The notes below the pieces were generated by a model. The model was not told the DNA's origin, ran no database searches, and saw only the letters and a list, made by a program, of their open reading frames with translations. A stretch of DNA of 64,000 bases from Fimbriosthenelais zetlandica. Its lineage: Eukaryota. Below, piece after piece: positions 40,301 through 53,900 of this stretch. Location: positions 19,592,001 to 19,656,000 of the forward strand of contig OZ365111.1 of NCBI GenBank assembly GCA_977030845.1, written 5' to 3'. Each line of letters begins with the position of its first letter. Position 1 is the stretch's first letter. The translations under genes were made by a program, and so were the position numbers.

Positions 40301-43300
40301 CAAGTTCCAAGTCTCAGCTTTTGGTCACACTTCACTACTCATGACTGACTGGCAGTTGGGATTATGGGATTAATATTATCGAGGGTTAGTGTTAGTGGGA
40401 GCGAGTTAGCTTCTATCCAATGTGACTCTATGTTGATTATGTAAGCAAACTTGGTAGTGTGCAGGGGACGGGACCTGCGGGATTCAACTGCAGCCTGCAG
40501 CACGGCACAGTCCCTCATTTCAAAAATGAGTGAATGCGGAATGGTTTATTAACGTCCAGTAAACATTATTTAATTTTAAGATGAGAAACTAACCTGAGAG
40601 GAGTTAGCAATACGGAGGCCAGCCGCGACACCGTTATGGAAATGTGGCCATGCGCTCATGTTGACAGGGGTGTCAATGATTGACAGATCCACGGTGGTGT
40701 TCCTGTCAAAGTACAAGAAAAAAACATTATTTTTTATTACGTTCCTTCCTTTCTTTCTTTGTCTGTCATTTTTAATGCATTATTTCTAAGTTTTTCCCCC
40801 AAGTATTTTGTCTTATTTCACTTATTTTACTACTACTCTTTGAACTAATTTGGCTTGCGATAATAAAAATTCTCCAAATTAACAAAGGATTATTAAGAAG
40901 ATCTTATTTTACTACTACTCTTTGAACTAATTTGGCTTGCGATAATAAAGATTCTCCGAATTAACAAAGGATTATTAAGAAGATCTTAGTAGAAATTTTA
41001 TTTTCCAACTCACCGAGGCGGACTTCTGCCTGTGAGACAGAGTTTTGGGAAAGGCAGCGTCTCTGTGGGTACGGGATGGTAGGTGGAGAGGGTAAGCATC
41101 CCCCTGCCCACCGGCAGAGCCATGGTTCTGATACAAATGGCAAATAGATGACGCTCCTGTTCCTCAATGAATTCATGATCGCTAGTGGAAACAAAATAAA
41201 TCAAAATATAACATTCTGAGGTAAGCCTGATCGACATGATATAATTAAAACATCTTAATTGAATTAATTCATCAATAAAATGTATAGAAGTATGCACCCT
41301 TGGTAGAGATTTTAACTTAAATTTCGTTAAAGTTAATTTTAAGTTATTATAAACCATTATTGGTAATTTGGTACCTACCTGACTTCAGGCTTTTGAGTTA
41401 GTGCTATTCGAACAGGTCGTGAAGACTGCAGAAGACGACGCACCTCCTGTATCCGCAGATCCTCACTGAATCGAAGTCTTAACAACTGAATAAAAAACAT
41501 GCAGACATTTCAAAATGATGGTAAACATAGTAAATTCATTCATTTACTTTCCGATTGAAAAACAAATTCTCATCTGAAATTTTAGGATTGAAAAGAATGA
41601 AATTTGAAAGATTATGGTTTTATCATGAAGCATTATTTTCTCACCTCTTTATCCATGAACTCCATGCCATCGTCCTCCTCTCGGTTAATCTTACACTGTA
41701 GACCAATCTCTCGGCTCGGTTTGTACTGATGGGTGTCATGCCTTTCACGTTTCTGGCGAGCTAAATCCTCCCGTCCTGGATTCAGATAAAGGTAGTACAC
41801 GTATACAAAAAATCGAAAAAAAATCACTGACTCGGATTCCCTCAAAATAAACCACCTTCAAATAAAAATATTACTCACCTATAAGTACATAAGCTTCTGG
41901 GGGCCAGGAGGCAGGTGGGTTGTGCCTGCAGTGATAGATTGCTTCCTTCAGTGGAAGAGAGACCCCGAAATTAACACTGTCTTTTATACGTCCCCCTAAA
42001 ATCATAAAAAAGGTGCGATTTCCAATTACTATTATGATAGTATTATTATCAGGTTTAAAAATTAATTCAGATACACATATACCCTGTGGAAAAATAGAGT
42101 AACTCGCCTAGTTTGACCATGGCCATGACAGCTCGTTCATAGAAGTTAGCGTCGTCCATAGGAGCATTTATGTTGGAGGAAAAGAATTCAGAAGCCTGCA
42201 TGGGTCTATGTCCTGAATAAAAACATTTAAGAAATTAATATTATCATTGACAAATAATCATTAATTCAATTGGCATTCTTTATCTGCATTCGGCTTTGAA
42301 GACCTAGCTTTATGATTTGTTACTGACTTAAGAGTCTATCTTCACATAATCTTATATTATTAACTTATCTTGAAGCATATTGAATAAAATCAATCTTCAA
42401 GATTTACTTGGAAATCATATTTTGTCACAAAAAATCAGCTATGAACCAATACGGAGAGGTAATGAAAAAATAAAATATTCATACGAGGGGCAACAAGATG
42501 GCAGGGGTTCATGCAAATCTGTTTAATTATTTCAGTATTAATTATAAATAATGCGTTTAAACTTTGGGTTAAAGTTAACGAGTATATCACAGATTTTTAG
42601 ACAATCAAATTGCTGCAACTTAGTAGTCACCGACAAAAGCAAGCTGAATCATTAGGCAGTAGGAAGCCTGCATGGTACTGTCGTGGAAGACATTCATTTT
42701 TTTTAAATATTATTTTTATATATCCAGCCAACAGGGAGCAGGAGGAACAGCGTTACAAGTGAGTGATTTCGTGAGCACAGGGAAGATAAGGTGCAAAAGG
42801 CTTTCCCATTTATTCTTTCAGGAAAGAGAGGAAATGCAGACACAGGCAACCACAACACTCTCTCACCAGAAAAGGAACCATCTCGTTCACTATTTATTTC
42901 TGGAGAGTCTGGCCAACTATCCGATGTATCGAGGTCTGAAATATTTTCATTAGCGCTGGGAATTTAATTTTAACTTATATACAATACCATTACATATGCG
43001 AGGATTTCTGAACTGTCAACTCATTTAAAACAAATAATCCATTCGCGATTTAGAGTACTTTAATGTACAAAATTTACTTAAATGAAGCAAGACATGATTT
43101 TGTTAATGAGTTTGTAATTACCTGCTGCTGAGATTCGTCGCAAGTATTTCTGGAAGGTTTGCTGATTTGATAAATCTTCTCCCCGGGTTAACGCCAGATA
43201 GAGCTACAAGATAATACATTTTAATCGATTGTTATCATATGTCATATCATAGACATGTGCGATCTGCTTTACTGCCGCATTACATGGCTGGATTGGAACC

Positions 43301-46300
43301 GATTTTCTGAATAGAGGTGGGTGTTTTAAATTTTCGTCAATTATTTTTTTTTTAATTTCATGCATATGGATAGTATAAATGATCTGTGGGCTCGCAGGCA
43401 GCAAGTGGTATGCAGTAACCTGCAGTACCAGTTCCCGCCACCAGGTGCTAACGCAAGTACATAGAAGCTCCACCCGGTGGCGCACAAGTGACTGAGCACT
43501 GAAATCATTTATACTTGTAGACAGTGTGTGCAACCATATACATACTACAAAAGGCTATCAGGATCTAATGCAATGGGTAAATGATATAGGTTACATACAG
43601 CTATGATGCTGGAGGTGGTCTTGGAGATGTTCTTCACGTAAGGATAAGGAGGGAGGGCTTTGTCCTGCAGTAAGGACGTCAACCAGTGATATATACTGGG
43701 CGGCTCCCGAGTCATGAACGGAGGCAGGCTCAGCTGGTCTACCACTTCTAGAAATCAGAAAAATTATTGTTTAATTTACATAAACTTGTTTTCTTTTTTC
43801 CATGACTGATACAATTTGGTCAATGGCGGAATGAATAGTCAATTTAGTCTTATTTTTTCAAAAGTCGATCCTAGCAAATAGACAAATTATTCAAACTAAA
43901 ATCACTTGATTACAATAATGTTTTGAGGTAAAAGATACATTACTTTCACACCAAACTTTGAAATAACTTCAATTACCCACCTTGGGGAATGCTGGAATTT
44001 TTATCATGGACTAGGTTGAAAAGGTGTGGGAAATCTCGGCAGTAATGGTCTACATAGAGTTCACAACGCATGTCACTGAAAACAAGACAATAAATACAAG
44101 GTTGCAAAATACTAGACCGCGAGAGAAATGAGAGAAAATAAAAAATAATATCAACAGAAAATTCAAAGAATAGTAAATTCAAAAGTTACCTTGTAAGAAG
44201 TGTCAGAAGGCTCGCTAGATTAGGTAACTCATGTGTGTACAATGTTTCTAACTTGGTGTCCTGCAAAAAATCAGTTGCAAATATTAACTTGGAACTATCG
44301 GAAGAATTGGTGCATATGTGGGATAATCATGAGTAGTGGACATACAAAATTTATATTTGAAAAATGTATCAGTATATTTAAGATTGATTTTTCTGTAGGC
44401 TTCCTTACTGGAAAGTTAGAACCTGCGATTTCAGAACTACTAAGAATTAAAAAAACAATTTTTGTGCTTATTCTAGAACCTAATATGGAAGTAATATGTT
44501 TTAGAGAAACAGATATTTCCTTTACCTCATAGACTAGATGTAGAGCGAAGACGAGAGCTGGGAGGTGAGAGAAGAGAGGAGCAGACAGGTCTATAGCCGT
44601 GTTTGTAGGGCCCTCTGTCGGAGTCCTTCTAGCGACAGGCGTGGGAGTTAAACCAGAGGAGGAGCCAGAGGTACTCAACATGAGCTGATGGTGGTCCGAG
44701 GACAAAAGGTACTCCCAGTCCTACAACAATATTATAGTTAAACAGTAATCAGAGTATCACTCAAGTAGTTCATTACATTAATAATTCGATACCAGAAATT
44801 TAAAATAATCTGGCAAAAACCAGATGAATTAAATAACGATAAATATAGATTTATAAAAGTGAATGTATAGAAAGATTTGTTACCTCATCTGAACCTTGAT
44901 CGGATGGTTTTGCCTTCTTAGGCATCACAACTGGAGACAGGGACTTGTCCATGCTCTGATGGCGGAGGAGAAATACATCATTTTTATTACGAATGGATTT
45001 AATTCAATATAAAATTATCTGAATATCTCTGTTATAATCACTAACACTGAAAATCAAAGGAAGGAAAATTTATTTTAAATTTCTTATATATTTTAAAGAT
45101 AAATTATTTTTCTTGGGAATTATATTTAGGAATCTTATAGGAATTTCGCACCTGGTAGATGAGATGGAGACTGTTGTTATCATAGCCTACCAATCCTAAC
45201 AGACAGCAGGTAAACTGTACCCACTCTGACTGACCGTTAATACTGCCCGGAGCGTTCCTAGTACAGTACCAGCGGACCAATGTTGTCATAGCTACATCCT
45301 TAGGTAACATCTGCTTGATGGCTTCCAAGCTGCGGAGCACTGAAACCATTGAAAACAGGGGTAAAACATACTGCATTCAGGGGCGGATAAAGGTTATCAT
45401 AAAGCCCAAGGAGTGGGTTGTGAGTGTGGGGTTAGGTCTTTGATTCTATTTATAATTTCTTTTAATGAAATAAAGATTTTTTTTACCGAGTGGGGAAGAT
45501 GCAAGCTTGGGTAGGGACGTGCGGTAGAGTTGGCCATCCATCAATTCCTGAAATAAATTTTTAAATTTCTTTTTTAAATTCCAAAGACATATAAATTCCA
45601 TATTATCAATATGACCATAGACTTCGAACAAAAAATCACTTGGGTTAAACTTCCTTCTTTTTAATTTCATAATATTTACCAAAGTGACTCGACTGTTCAC
45701 TGCATCCCGGAGGCCGGCTATGGAACCAGTGGCTATGCTGTTCTGGAAACTAACATCTTCTGTCATAGAACCTTCGAGAATAGAGGAGGAATCCAACTCG
45801 GTGGGCACAGGCGACAAAAATCGAACCTGGAAAATAAAATGCAATGGCATGAATATATTCCGAAAACCCCGAATAGGGACTGATCACGTTTAGGACGTAC
45901 TCCTTTATCAGACGGGTTTCTGGTCAAACCTTAACTGTTTTTTAATAGATAAGTTCAAGATCAATAAGGATTAGGACCGACATAGAGAAACTTACAGAAA
46001 CAAAAGGCCAGGTGTGATTTAGATAAAATTTGGGTTAAGGACGGCAGTCCTAATTTTTAAAAATATATTCCATGCGTTAATAACCTCAATTATTTTAGCG
46101 TTCATGTCGGCGTAAATTAAAATGCTTGAAATATTTTAGTTCCACCCACCTCCTCGTCAAATCTAGCGTCCATGGCTGAAGGAGGTCGGCTGGAGGTGAA
46201 GGGTCCAGTCTGGTTTAGTGGACTGCCGAATGGCGTACTGGGCTGAGGCTGGGTCTTCAACACAGGCGGCTGTAACACCAGGCTAGTGGAGATGTTGAGA

Positions 46301-49300
46301 GGTGCAGGCAGTCCAGCCACGTGCACTTGGTTCATCTGTAGTGTTTTTTAAATGCATTTTTATTCAGGAGGCACATGGAACAATGGAAATAATGGTAATG
46401 TGGACTATCGACTTTTTTCCAGAAAATCGCGGCCTGCGCGATTTTTCTATAGATTTCTATACAAAGCAGTGGCTTATATATGGATTTTAACCTGAGCGGC
46501 CAGGGGTCCGGTATTCTATCAAATTAGCTCGTTAAATCCATGTAAGTAAATGAACATATTATACTTTTTGTACAACATTTATAATATACTTTTGAAATAT
46601 TAGAAATTTTATGTAAGTACCTTGGTGACACCACTGTAGAGGACGAGGTTATAGTTCATGTCAAGGATCAGATTCATATTCAAAGTCTGGAAAGGAATAA
46701 TTTAAAGTGGGAAATTTAATTTTAAAATGGAATATTTCAATAAGATTTCTTGCCTAAGGTTCAATTCCGACAGGGACCTTTTTCACTTTTAAACAAACGA
46801 ATACGTTAAGAGTCCATTACCTTCAAAGGGACAGCATCTCTGGCTTGGAGTAAAGTCACAGCGCCAAATATAAGCTGAGTCTTGTCATTGCTCTCCTCAA
46901 ACTTAATACACCTGAAATTATAAAATAAAATGAAATTGATTGTGAAAGAAAACAATTAGCCCCATGTCCCATTAACCAACAACTATTTTCAGATTGATAA
47001 AGGTTCAAACCTGGCTACATATTGCCATAATGGGAATACTCACCTGAGGTGGTTGCGGAACAGGACAAGATAGCATAAGTACTGCTGACCACAGAAGTCC
47101 ATACTCAAGAACACTTTGTTTGCTTTTCCAAGTGAACCATCTCTGGAATGATAAGGAAATAAATGTTACTTGCGTAGAAATTACAAGATATTAGATTAAA
47201 ATAATATTTAATTGCAGATTTCTTTCGAGATTTTTAATCCAGACTGTAATATATGTGGAGTATGAATTGTAATTCATGCATTTGAATATTAATGTTTAAG
47301 AATGTTTAATCTTTACCTGAAGAATCCAACATTTTCTGTCCAGAGATGGTCAAGGCAGATCTCAGGTATGGGAGGGTCGGAGGGCTCCAGTACTGAAGTT
47401 TCAGCCACGGAAGCGGAAGCTGAGGCTGAGAGAGGAGTTCGGGGACAGCCTGCCGGAGAGCGGCAGGGTGAGGGGGTCTGTAGGCGGAATAGGCTGGCTG
47501 CAGCTAGCGATGGCGACTGTGAACGACTGAAAAAGTATTAAAAACCAGTTATAACATAGAATACCAACCATATAAATTTCAGTTATTTCCTTATCCGTTT
47601 CATTCAGCCTTCAAAAATTACATTTTATACAGTATATGTTTACAAGTACATATATTATTTTTACAGCTAAGGTTCAGGACAGTATTCTGGAAGTATTCCA
47701 ATAATAAGGTGTTTTTTTTACCTGAGCATGGCTGCTTTTGAGAATGAAGGACTATTGATACGCGACTGGCTAGCTGAAGGTGAGAGTACGCGACTATTGA
47801 AGCTCCTGGAAATAAGAGGTTCTAGGTACAGTCCAACAAAATTCAATTTTTTTCAATTTTTTTTTTAAGGCAACTTGCAACCCCAGGTATAAAGGTGTTT
47901 TCGGAGGTAAGTGTTAACTTACATATAAGATTCCACTAAAAATTAAAGGTGGGTGATGTCTCAATAGAGAGAAGTCAGTTGATAAACACAATGATTCACA
48001 GAATCAGCCATTTATAAAAGGCGCAATTTGGCTTAGTATATATGGGACAATTATGTTGTTTATATCCGAATAAAAAAAGTCTAGTTATTTTGGGTACCTT
48101 AGAGGTGAGATTCCTGGAGATTGGCTGGACACAGTGAGCCTGGAGAAACCTGAAGCGGAGTGACTAGTGATGGGACTGGTTCCTACAACCCCGGGCATCA
48201 TACTGCTCTGGTTCTGGTAGGTGTCTGCTGGACCGCTACCATACGCTAGATAGCCCTCCTATAGGACACGTGCCAAGAAAATAGGTAAATTTAAAATTAT
48301 ATAATGACTTCAATTAATTCTGTGTTTAAAAGGATTTATAATAGTAAATTAAATAAATTGGTGATATTATTTTGATTTGATATTATTTATGACCTCTTAT
48401 GTACTTTTTTTAAATTAAGGGGATGAAATAGACGGACATATGGCGATGAGAAAAAACAAGAAAATGTCCACTTAGAACGATTGACAACTATAATTGATTT
48501 TGAAAAGAGATATAACAGATCAATGTTTATAGAATGTAAGGTCTCTTATAAAAAATAATATTAGAAAGAGATGGAAATATTGACGAAATAGACAATGTAT
48601 GGCTTCGTATACAAAATTTAAAAAAAAAAGATTTTTAAATGAAATATAACCTCTGGTTTTGCCCGTCTCAGTGACCACACCGCATGCCTTGAGAGAAGAG
48701 TGTCGTAGGTTACCACTAACGAAGGTTCATCACTCGTGAAGACGATATGCTGGGTTGCCTCAGTGACAAACGAGACCTTAGCTATAATATTTGGTTACAA
48801 AAAAATCAAAAATGTTAAGATTTAAACAGTTAATACCTCCAGTCCAACATACATTAGAAAGATTTTACTCCCCAAAAAGATCAGACATTTGGTTCATTTA
48901 ATATAGCATTAATTTGGGGTGTGAGAAAAAGACCGTTGTAGAAATATAATTTAAGATGAAAAATTTAGGACTGAGATATTTGGGTTCCTACCTCCAGTCC
49001 TACATATAACTGGTGCCACTTCGTCCAAGGGATGTAGCATGCTAAAAAGAACGGGGAGATGTGGTGTTCCATCATTCCTGGAAGAGAGGATATTTTATTA
49101 TAAGGATTTTCTTGCATTGCTGTTCAGAGAAAAAGACAATGAAATAGACAACCCTCTTGACAATCATTTACTTTAAAGTACATACAGTAGTACTCATAAT
49201 TGAAAATATCACTGGTGAAATCATACCACGTAGGAGTTATGGATAATTTACCTTTTAGGAGTTTTTGCAAGATCTTTCTTAACGTCTGCACTAAATCTCT

Positions 49301-50384
49301 CAAAAAGGAGTCCATATTTCACTGACCAGGATTTGGATACCTGAAAAATGACATGACGTATTTTAGAGGTAAATTTCCCTCAGAATCTTCATCGGCTAAA
49401 ATGCAAATCATTTCTTTGTTTCTAGAATGCGGAAAGCCTTACCGTAAATGGTAACGCCGTCACGTAGTCTTTGCCATCGGTGGAGAAAATGTTGACTGAG
49501 AAATCTTCGACAATACAAATGGCCTTCTGCTCTTTTATCTTTGGTTGCAAAGATTCCAGGGTACCGGTACCCTCAATTATGCTTCCTTCAGGCTGATCTT
49601 CTAGCAGGTAAAAAGTGCACCACTTGGCCTGTAAAGTGAAAAAAAATCATAATCCATGTCATATGCATAGAAAATGACCGAGTAGTTTATTTTTTAATTT
49701 AGATTTATTTTGAATCTTTCTATATACGGTAGAGCTACCTTGTACTTACTAATCGTTTCTGATATCCCGTACAATAAACAACATGTGTACTTATAAACAG
49801 GTAGGCCTAACGCACATTGTAAGTAAAAAAAATTTTTACTCACGTCTTGTACGGTGGTGTCCACGGTGAAGCTCTTGATGACTTTTCCTGCACCATCAAG
49901 GGAACCTTTACTCCAGACCACAGTCTCTTCATTAATATACAGCTCCTCATCACAGTCATCAGATTCATCGTTCGACCGCAGTCTCCACCAATCCTTCTGT
50001 GGAGGAGTTTAAATACAAATTGACATCTTACCTAAGTTATTCATGCAAAAGATCGAATATACAAGATAGTATAATATTAGACCTACATAGATAAATACAG
50101 TTTTTATGAATATATAATAATTAATATACGATAGTGTACCGGTACGTAAGATTCTGTAGTGGCCTATAGGCAGGCAGGCCTATTTCAAAGTGACAGCCTT
50201 GACGGACAAAATGTGTTACCTTAACGCTCCGGGATATTGAGAAATCTTTGAGAGTCTTGACGACAGGCAAGCCATGGTCAACTAAGGATTCGGTCTGCAC
50301 CTGGAGTGGGCATCGGCCAGGATGAATGTTAATATAATGCCGACCAAAGGGCACAAACTCGTCGCTCTCAGAGGCCGAGATCAT
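34333..50384 (-). CDS. ANAPC1: Anaphase-promoting complex subunit 1 (APC1), multi-exon; non-coding first exon ending at donor 50607
   Basis: Start MISASESDEFVPFGR; exons encode DEELYINEETVVWSKGS, TLSTYHPVPTETLPFPKLCLTGRSPP, LLPPTSTELDIPHNVQVAAVLGVGLVYQGTAHRH, DRESYSLAAGMALG, NVDVTSPGATLALGMMF, GNLEVLRLCRYLRSR, YHLQAFRHLYVLAAEPR, all diagnostic of APC1 including PC repeats. Stop TGA at 34335-34333. Confidence 0.97.
36912..37090. repeat. Intronic minisatellite, 40-bp unit, about 4 copies
   Basis: cagcttctatcaaaggcatacagacagtaaaattcatgaa starts at 36961, 37001 and 37041, with degenerate flanking copies. Confidence 0.9.
40821..40986. repeat. 82-bp tandem duplication at an ANAPC1 intron boundary
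   Basis: cttattttactactactctttgaactaatttggcttgcgataataaa.attctcc.aattaacaaaggattattaagaagat at 40821 and 40903. Confidence 0.9.
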
Positions 50385-50606
50385 TTCGGTCCCCGGAGTA
50401 TCCAGGGTGATGTTTGACGGACTGAGAAACGGGCACCAACTTCTGCAATGTCAATGAGCGATAATAGAGGTATTTGTACATTCTCCCAGCATTGGGGAAC
50501 AGTGCCAGTGGTGAACTAGAAGAGCTACAAGGTTTGATGCAAGACATACGCAATTAATGTGAATTCTTAATCAACGTATACATTATTCCAATGAAGGTAG
50601 ACTTAC

Positions 50607-50987
50607 CAGACTTCGAATCTCTGCTTATCAATTTGTTATGCACTATCATTTATGATTACGGCAAACTTTTCATGTTTCACTCTTGTACTTCCCGCTGGAC
50701 CGGAAGTACAATCTGCGGGATTGAGAGTGTTTTCATCTCTGATTTATACGATGAATATAATCATTACATAATATTTTGATGTAAATTAAAATGTTTATGT
50801 AACTTTCAAATATTTTAAATAGAATTCCAATATCGGACTTAGCCAGAAATAGTTTCGGATATTTTCATATTTACTTTCTGCCGACAACCGGAAGTGATCC
50901 TGGCGGAGTTTGGCCGTTTGGGCACGTTTGACGGCCTGCCAGTGACAATTTTGGGTCCAAATTCCTGCAGTAACCACCAAAGCAGCA
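50607..50987. promoter_or_regulatory. Bidirectional promoter between ANAPC1 (-) and ADPGK (+) with ETS/GABP-type motifs
   Basis: Divergent genes under 400 bp apart; CCGGAAGT at 50700-50707 and 50888-50895. Confidence 0.65.
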
Positions 50988-53900
50988 ATGGCATATAGGG
51001 CAACTGTGATAACAATATTCGTGGGTATTCTAGGTATATATTTTTTCAGGAATGATGTCGAAGACGATCTCAAGGACCATGTCCTAAGCGCTTTGTTGAA
51101 GGCAGAAAAGAAAGTACCGCCCAATCCACAAGTGAGGGTTGCTGTAGGTTTTGGAGCCTGTGAAGATGTTGTCGCTGATGGGGTCAAAGTTCTTAACGAA
51201 GTAGGGGCTAAAGTACCTGATGATCCTGCTCATTTTGATGAAATATTGAATTTGGAATCGCTGGAAAAATCATTTGCATATTTCTTCAAATATGGAGCTG
51301 CTTCTGAGTAAGTTGCCTTTGACTTTTTTATTGTCAAATTCTAAAATTAAAAAGAAAAAAATACCCAGTAGGTTGGTTGAAAAAAATAGAAACTGTACCT
51401 GTCTACAGGTACTATAAATAAGCAATTAAATCAATTAGAGACTGACTATGATTTCAAACACTTGTGTCTTGTCAGATGTCTTGATATTCAAATTGAAATA
51501 CAATTATATACAGTTCCTTGAATGTTAGGGAATTAACTTGATTACCATTTCAGGCGTTACGTGCGAAACAACGAATTGTTTGATAAGCTTGTGGACGCTT
51601 CCCTCACGCTTCCACGCACCTACAAGACCCTGGGCGGCAATGCTCCTGTAATGGCCGGCAGGTTCAAGAAAGAAGGCCTCAGTGTCCTCTTGGCAAGCAC
51701 CACCTCGCCCGAATTGAGCAAGCGTATTGATCCCGAAATAAAAGGTGCACCATTTTATATGACCAGGCCTAAATTCCCAATCCATTGTTTGCCAGACCAG
51801 ACCACTGAACAAGTTTACAAATTTTTACTTGTATTCATAAAGAATAATAAAAAAAAACCTTTAAAATATTAGGCCTCGAGAGGGGAGGCCGGGAGAGTTG
51901 GGCCAGGGGGAGGGTTGGGACACCCGTCTTATGAGGCCATTGCCATGCAGTGAGGCATCAGCGGTGCCATCTATTGGAAGCCTTTAATACCACACGCATG
52001 TGACGTTAGTGACGTTGAAACCAGACTGAGTGCAATTGTTTTAGAAGCTTAGAAGTGATTTTGGAGATTTCTTGTAAAAACTGAGGTTTACGGATATGCT
52101 TTTATATTTTCAACATATACGGTAGTGCACCTTTATAAAAGGTGACTTGGCAGCATTAGATAGCATTTATGGGACTGCTTCTATTGTGAAACCGATTATA
52201 TTCCTGTGGAAAAAATTCTGAGAGAAAATGTGGTTAAGAAAAAAATGGCCGGTGTAGTGAGACTTGGGCCAGCCAATGTAGTAGAGTTGGGCCACACACA
52301 AGGACCAGTGGACCAAGTCTCCCCAAGTCTCATCTCTCCCCCTCCACACAAAAAAGGCTGTCCCATCTCTCCCCCTCCACCAAAAATTTCTGTCCCATCT
52401 CTCCCCTACTAAAATGAATGCTGACCCAACTCTCCTCCATCATGGCCCAAGTCTCACCACCCTGAGGGCCAAAATTAATCATTATTTAAATGAGCTGTCA
52501 ATTATTTACTTCTGATTTATTTACTTTCAATTTTTGAAAGGTACATATATAAAATGTTATTGTTTATATGGATATGGAGAACAGTTTCCTAGCCCACATA
52601 TTCTAGCAGTTATGTTGAAAAATATGAAAAGTGGCCCAACTCTCCCGACCTCCCCCTATATATAATTAATATATTTTATCATATTGCAAGATCGAATCGT
52701 TTTGAAAATTAATAGATCTCTTTTGTTCCAGTCGTCGGTCCGCAGTTGGAGCGTGATGATATTCACTTGCTTCTGGAGTATGCGAAAGGTCAAACCTGGG
52801 GACCGTACACTGCTCCTCGCGCCAACAGGTTTGTTCCTCCAACAATTTACCAGTCCACTGGTCCATGCAAAAGTTTTAATATAATAGAGAAATGGAACGA
52901 GACAGCAATATGGCGGGAATAATGGCACGATATCGTTTGTGCGGATGAATATGGGACGAACCGAAGGTGAGTCCCATATTCATCCGCACAAACGATGAGT
53001 GCCATTATTCCCGCCATATTGCTGTCGAGTTCCATTTCTATTTTATTATATGCGCTATTTAAATGAATACTTTATTCATTTTTACATCAAGACTTAGCTA
53101 TTTTTTTTTGAGACTTGCCCTTATTTTGAGACCTGCAAATTTTTTGTTTGAGACCTGCCCTTGTCAAGTCTTGGTTACCAATGTCAACAAGTCGCCCTCA
53201 ACCATCGCCATCCACTTCGCTCGCCCGTTAAACAATTGGCAGAATAACTCAGTAAAAGCTAGCTAGATATTTTTTAAACTTCACAGGCCGGTGTAAAAAG
53301 GTATGGGAAATTGTTTTTCTGCATTGGATTTAGCAGCTTTGATACTAACACGACAAAATAATAACAAATAGGCGGGCGATATTAGGTGATCGCAACGTCC
53401 GATGCGGCGATATCGCTACTTTATGATTTTCACTCTTGAAAACCACGATCAAACACTATTGAAATTCACCTACCGTCCTTCATCATGCCATGACAGGGAT
53501 AAGAAGGGCTGGCCTTTACACTGGACTCATTGGTTTTAAGACTTTTTGATCAGAAAATATGCTGATGGTCGAATTTGATTTTGGGTGCTGGGTAAAATTG
53601 ATGCGGGAAGCCACTGTCACTGACACTGCAGTGCAGCTGCAGGGAAGCCTACGGCTACGGGCAGGCTATGTCTAGCCTCTAGGCCTATCTAGGTTGCATG
53701 GGGGTGCTCTATCTAGGCCTAACTTTTGAGATTTTTTCATGGACACTAAATTTAGAGAGGAAAATATATATAATATCAATGTGCGGCATGCCTGGCCCTT
53801 GCCACGGCACAGGGAAGCTATAGGCTAGGCCCCATCATCTGGGGCTAGGCTGCGTGGGGGCTAGGGCTAGGCCTACTCTCTGGTTTGGTTTTTCATGGAA

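Noticed and set aside
40200-40400. Degenerate TTAGGG-like tract in an ANAPC1 intron
   Set aside because: Highly degenerate and part of a repeat-like segment; no evidence of a telomeric fusion site.
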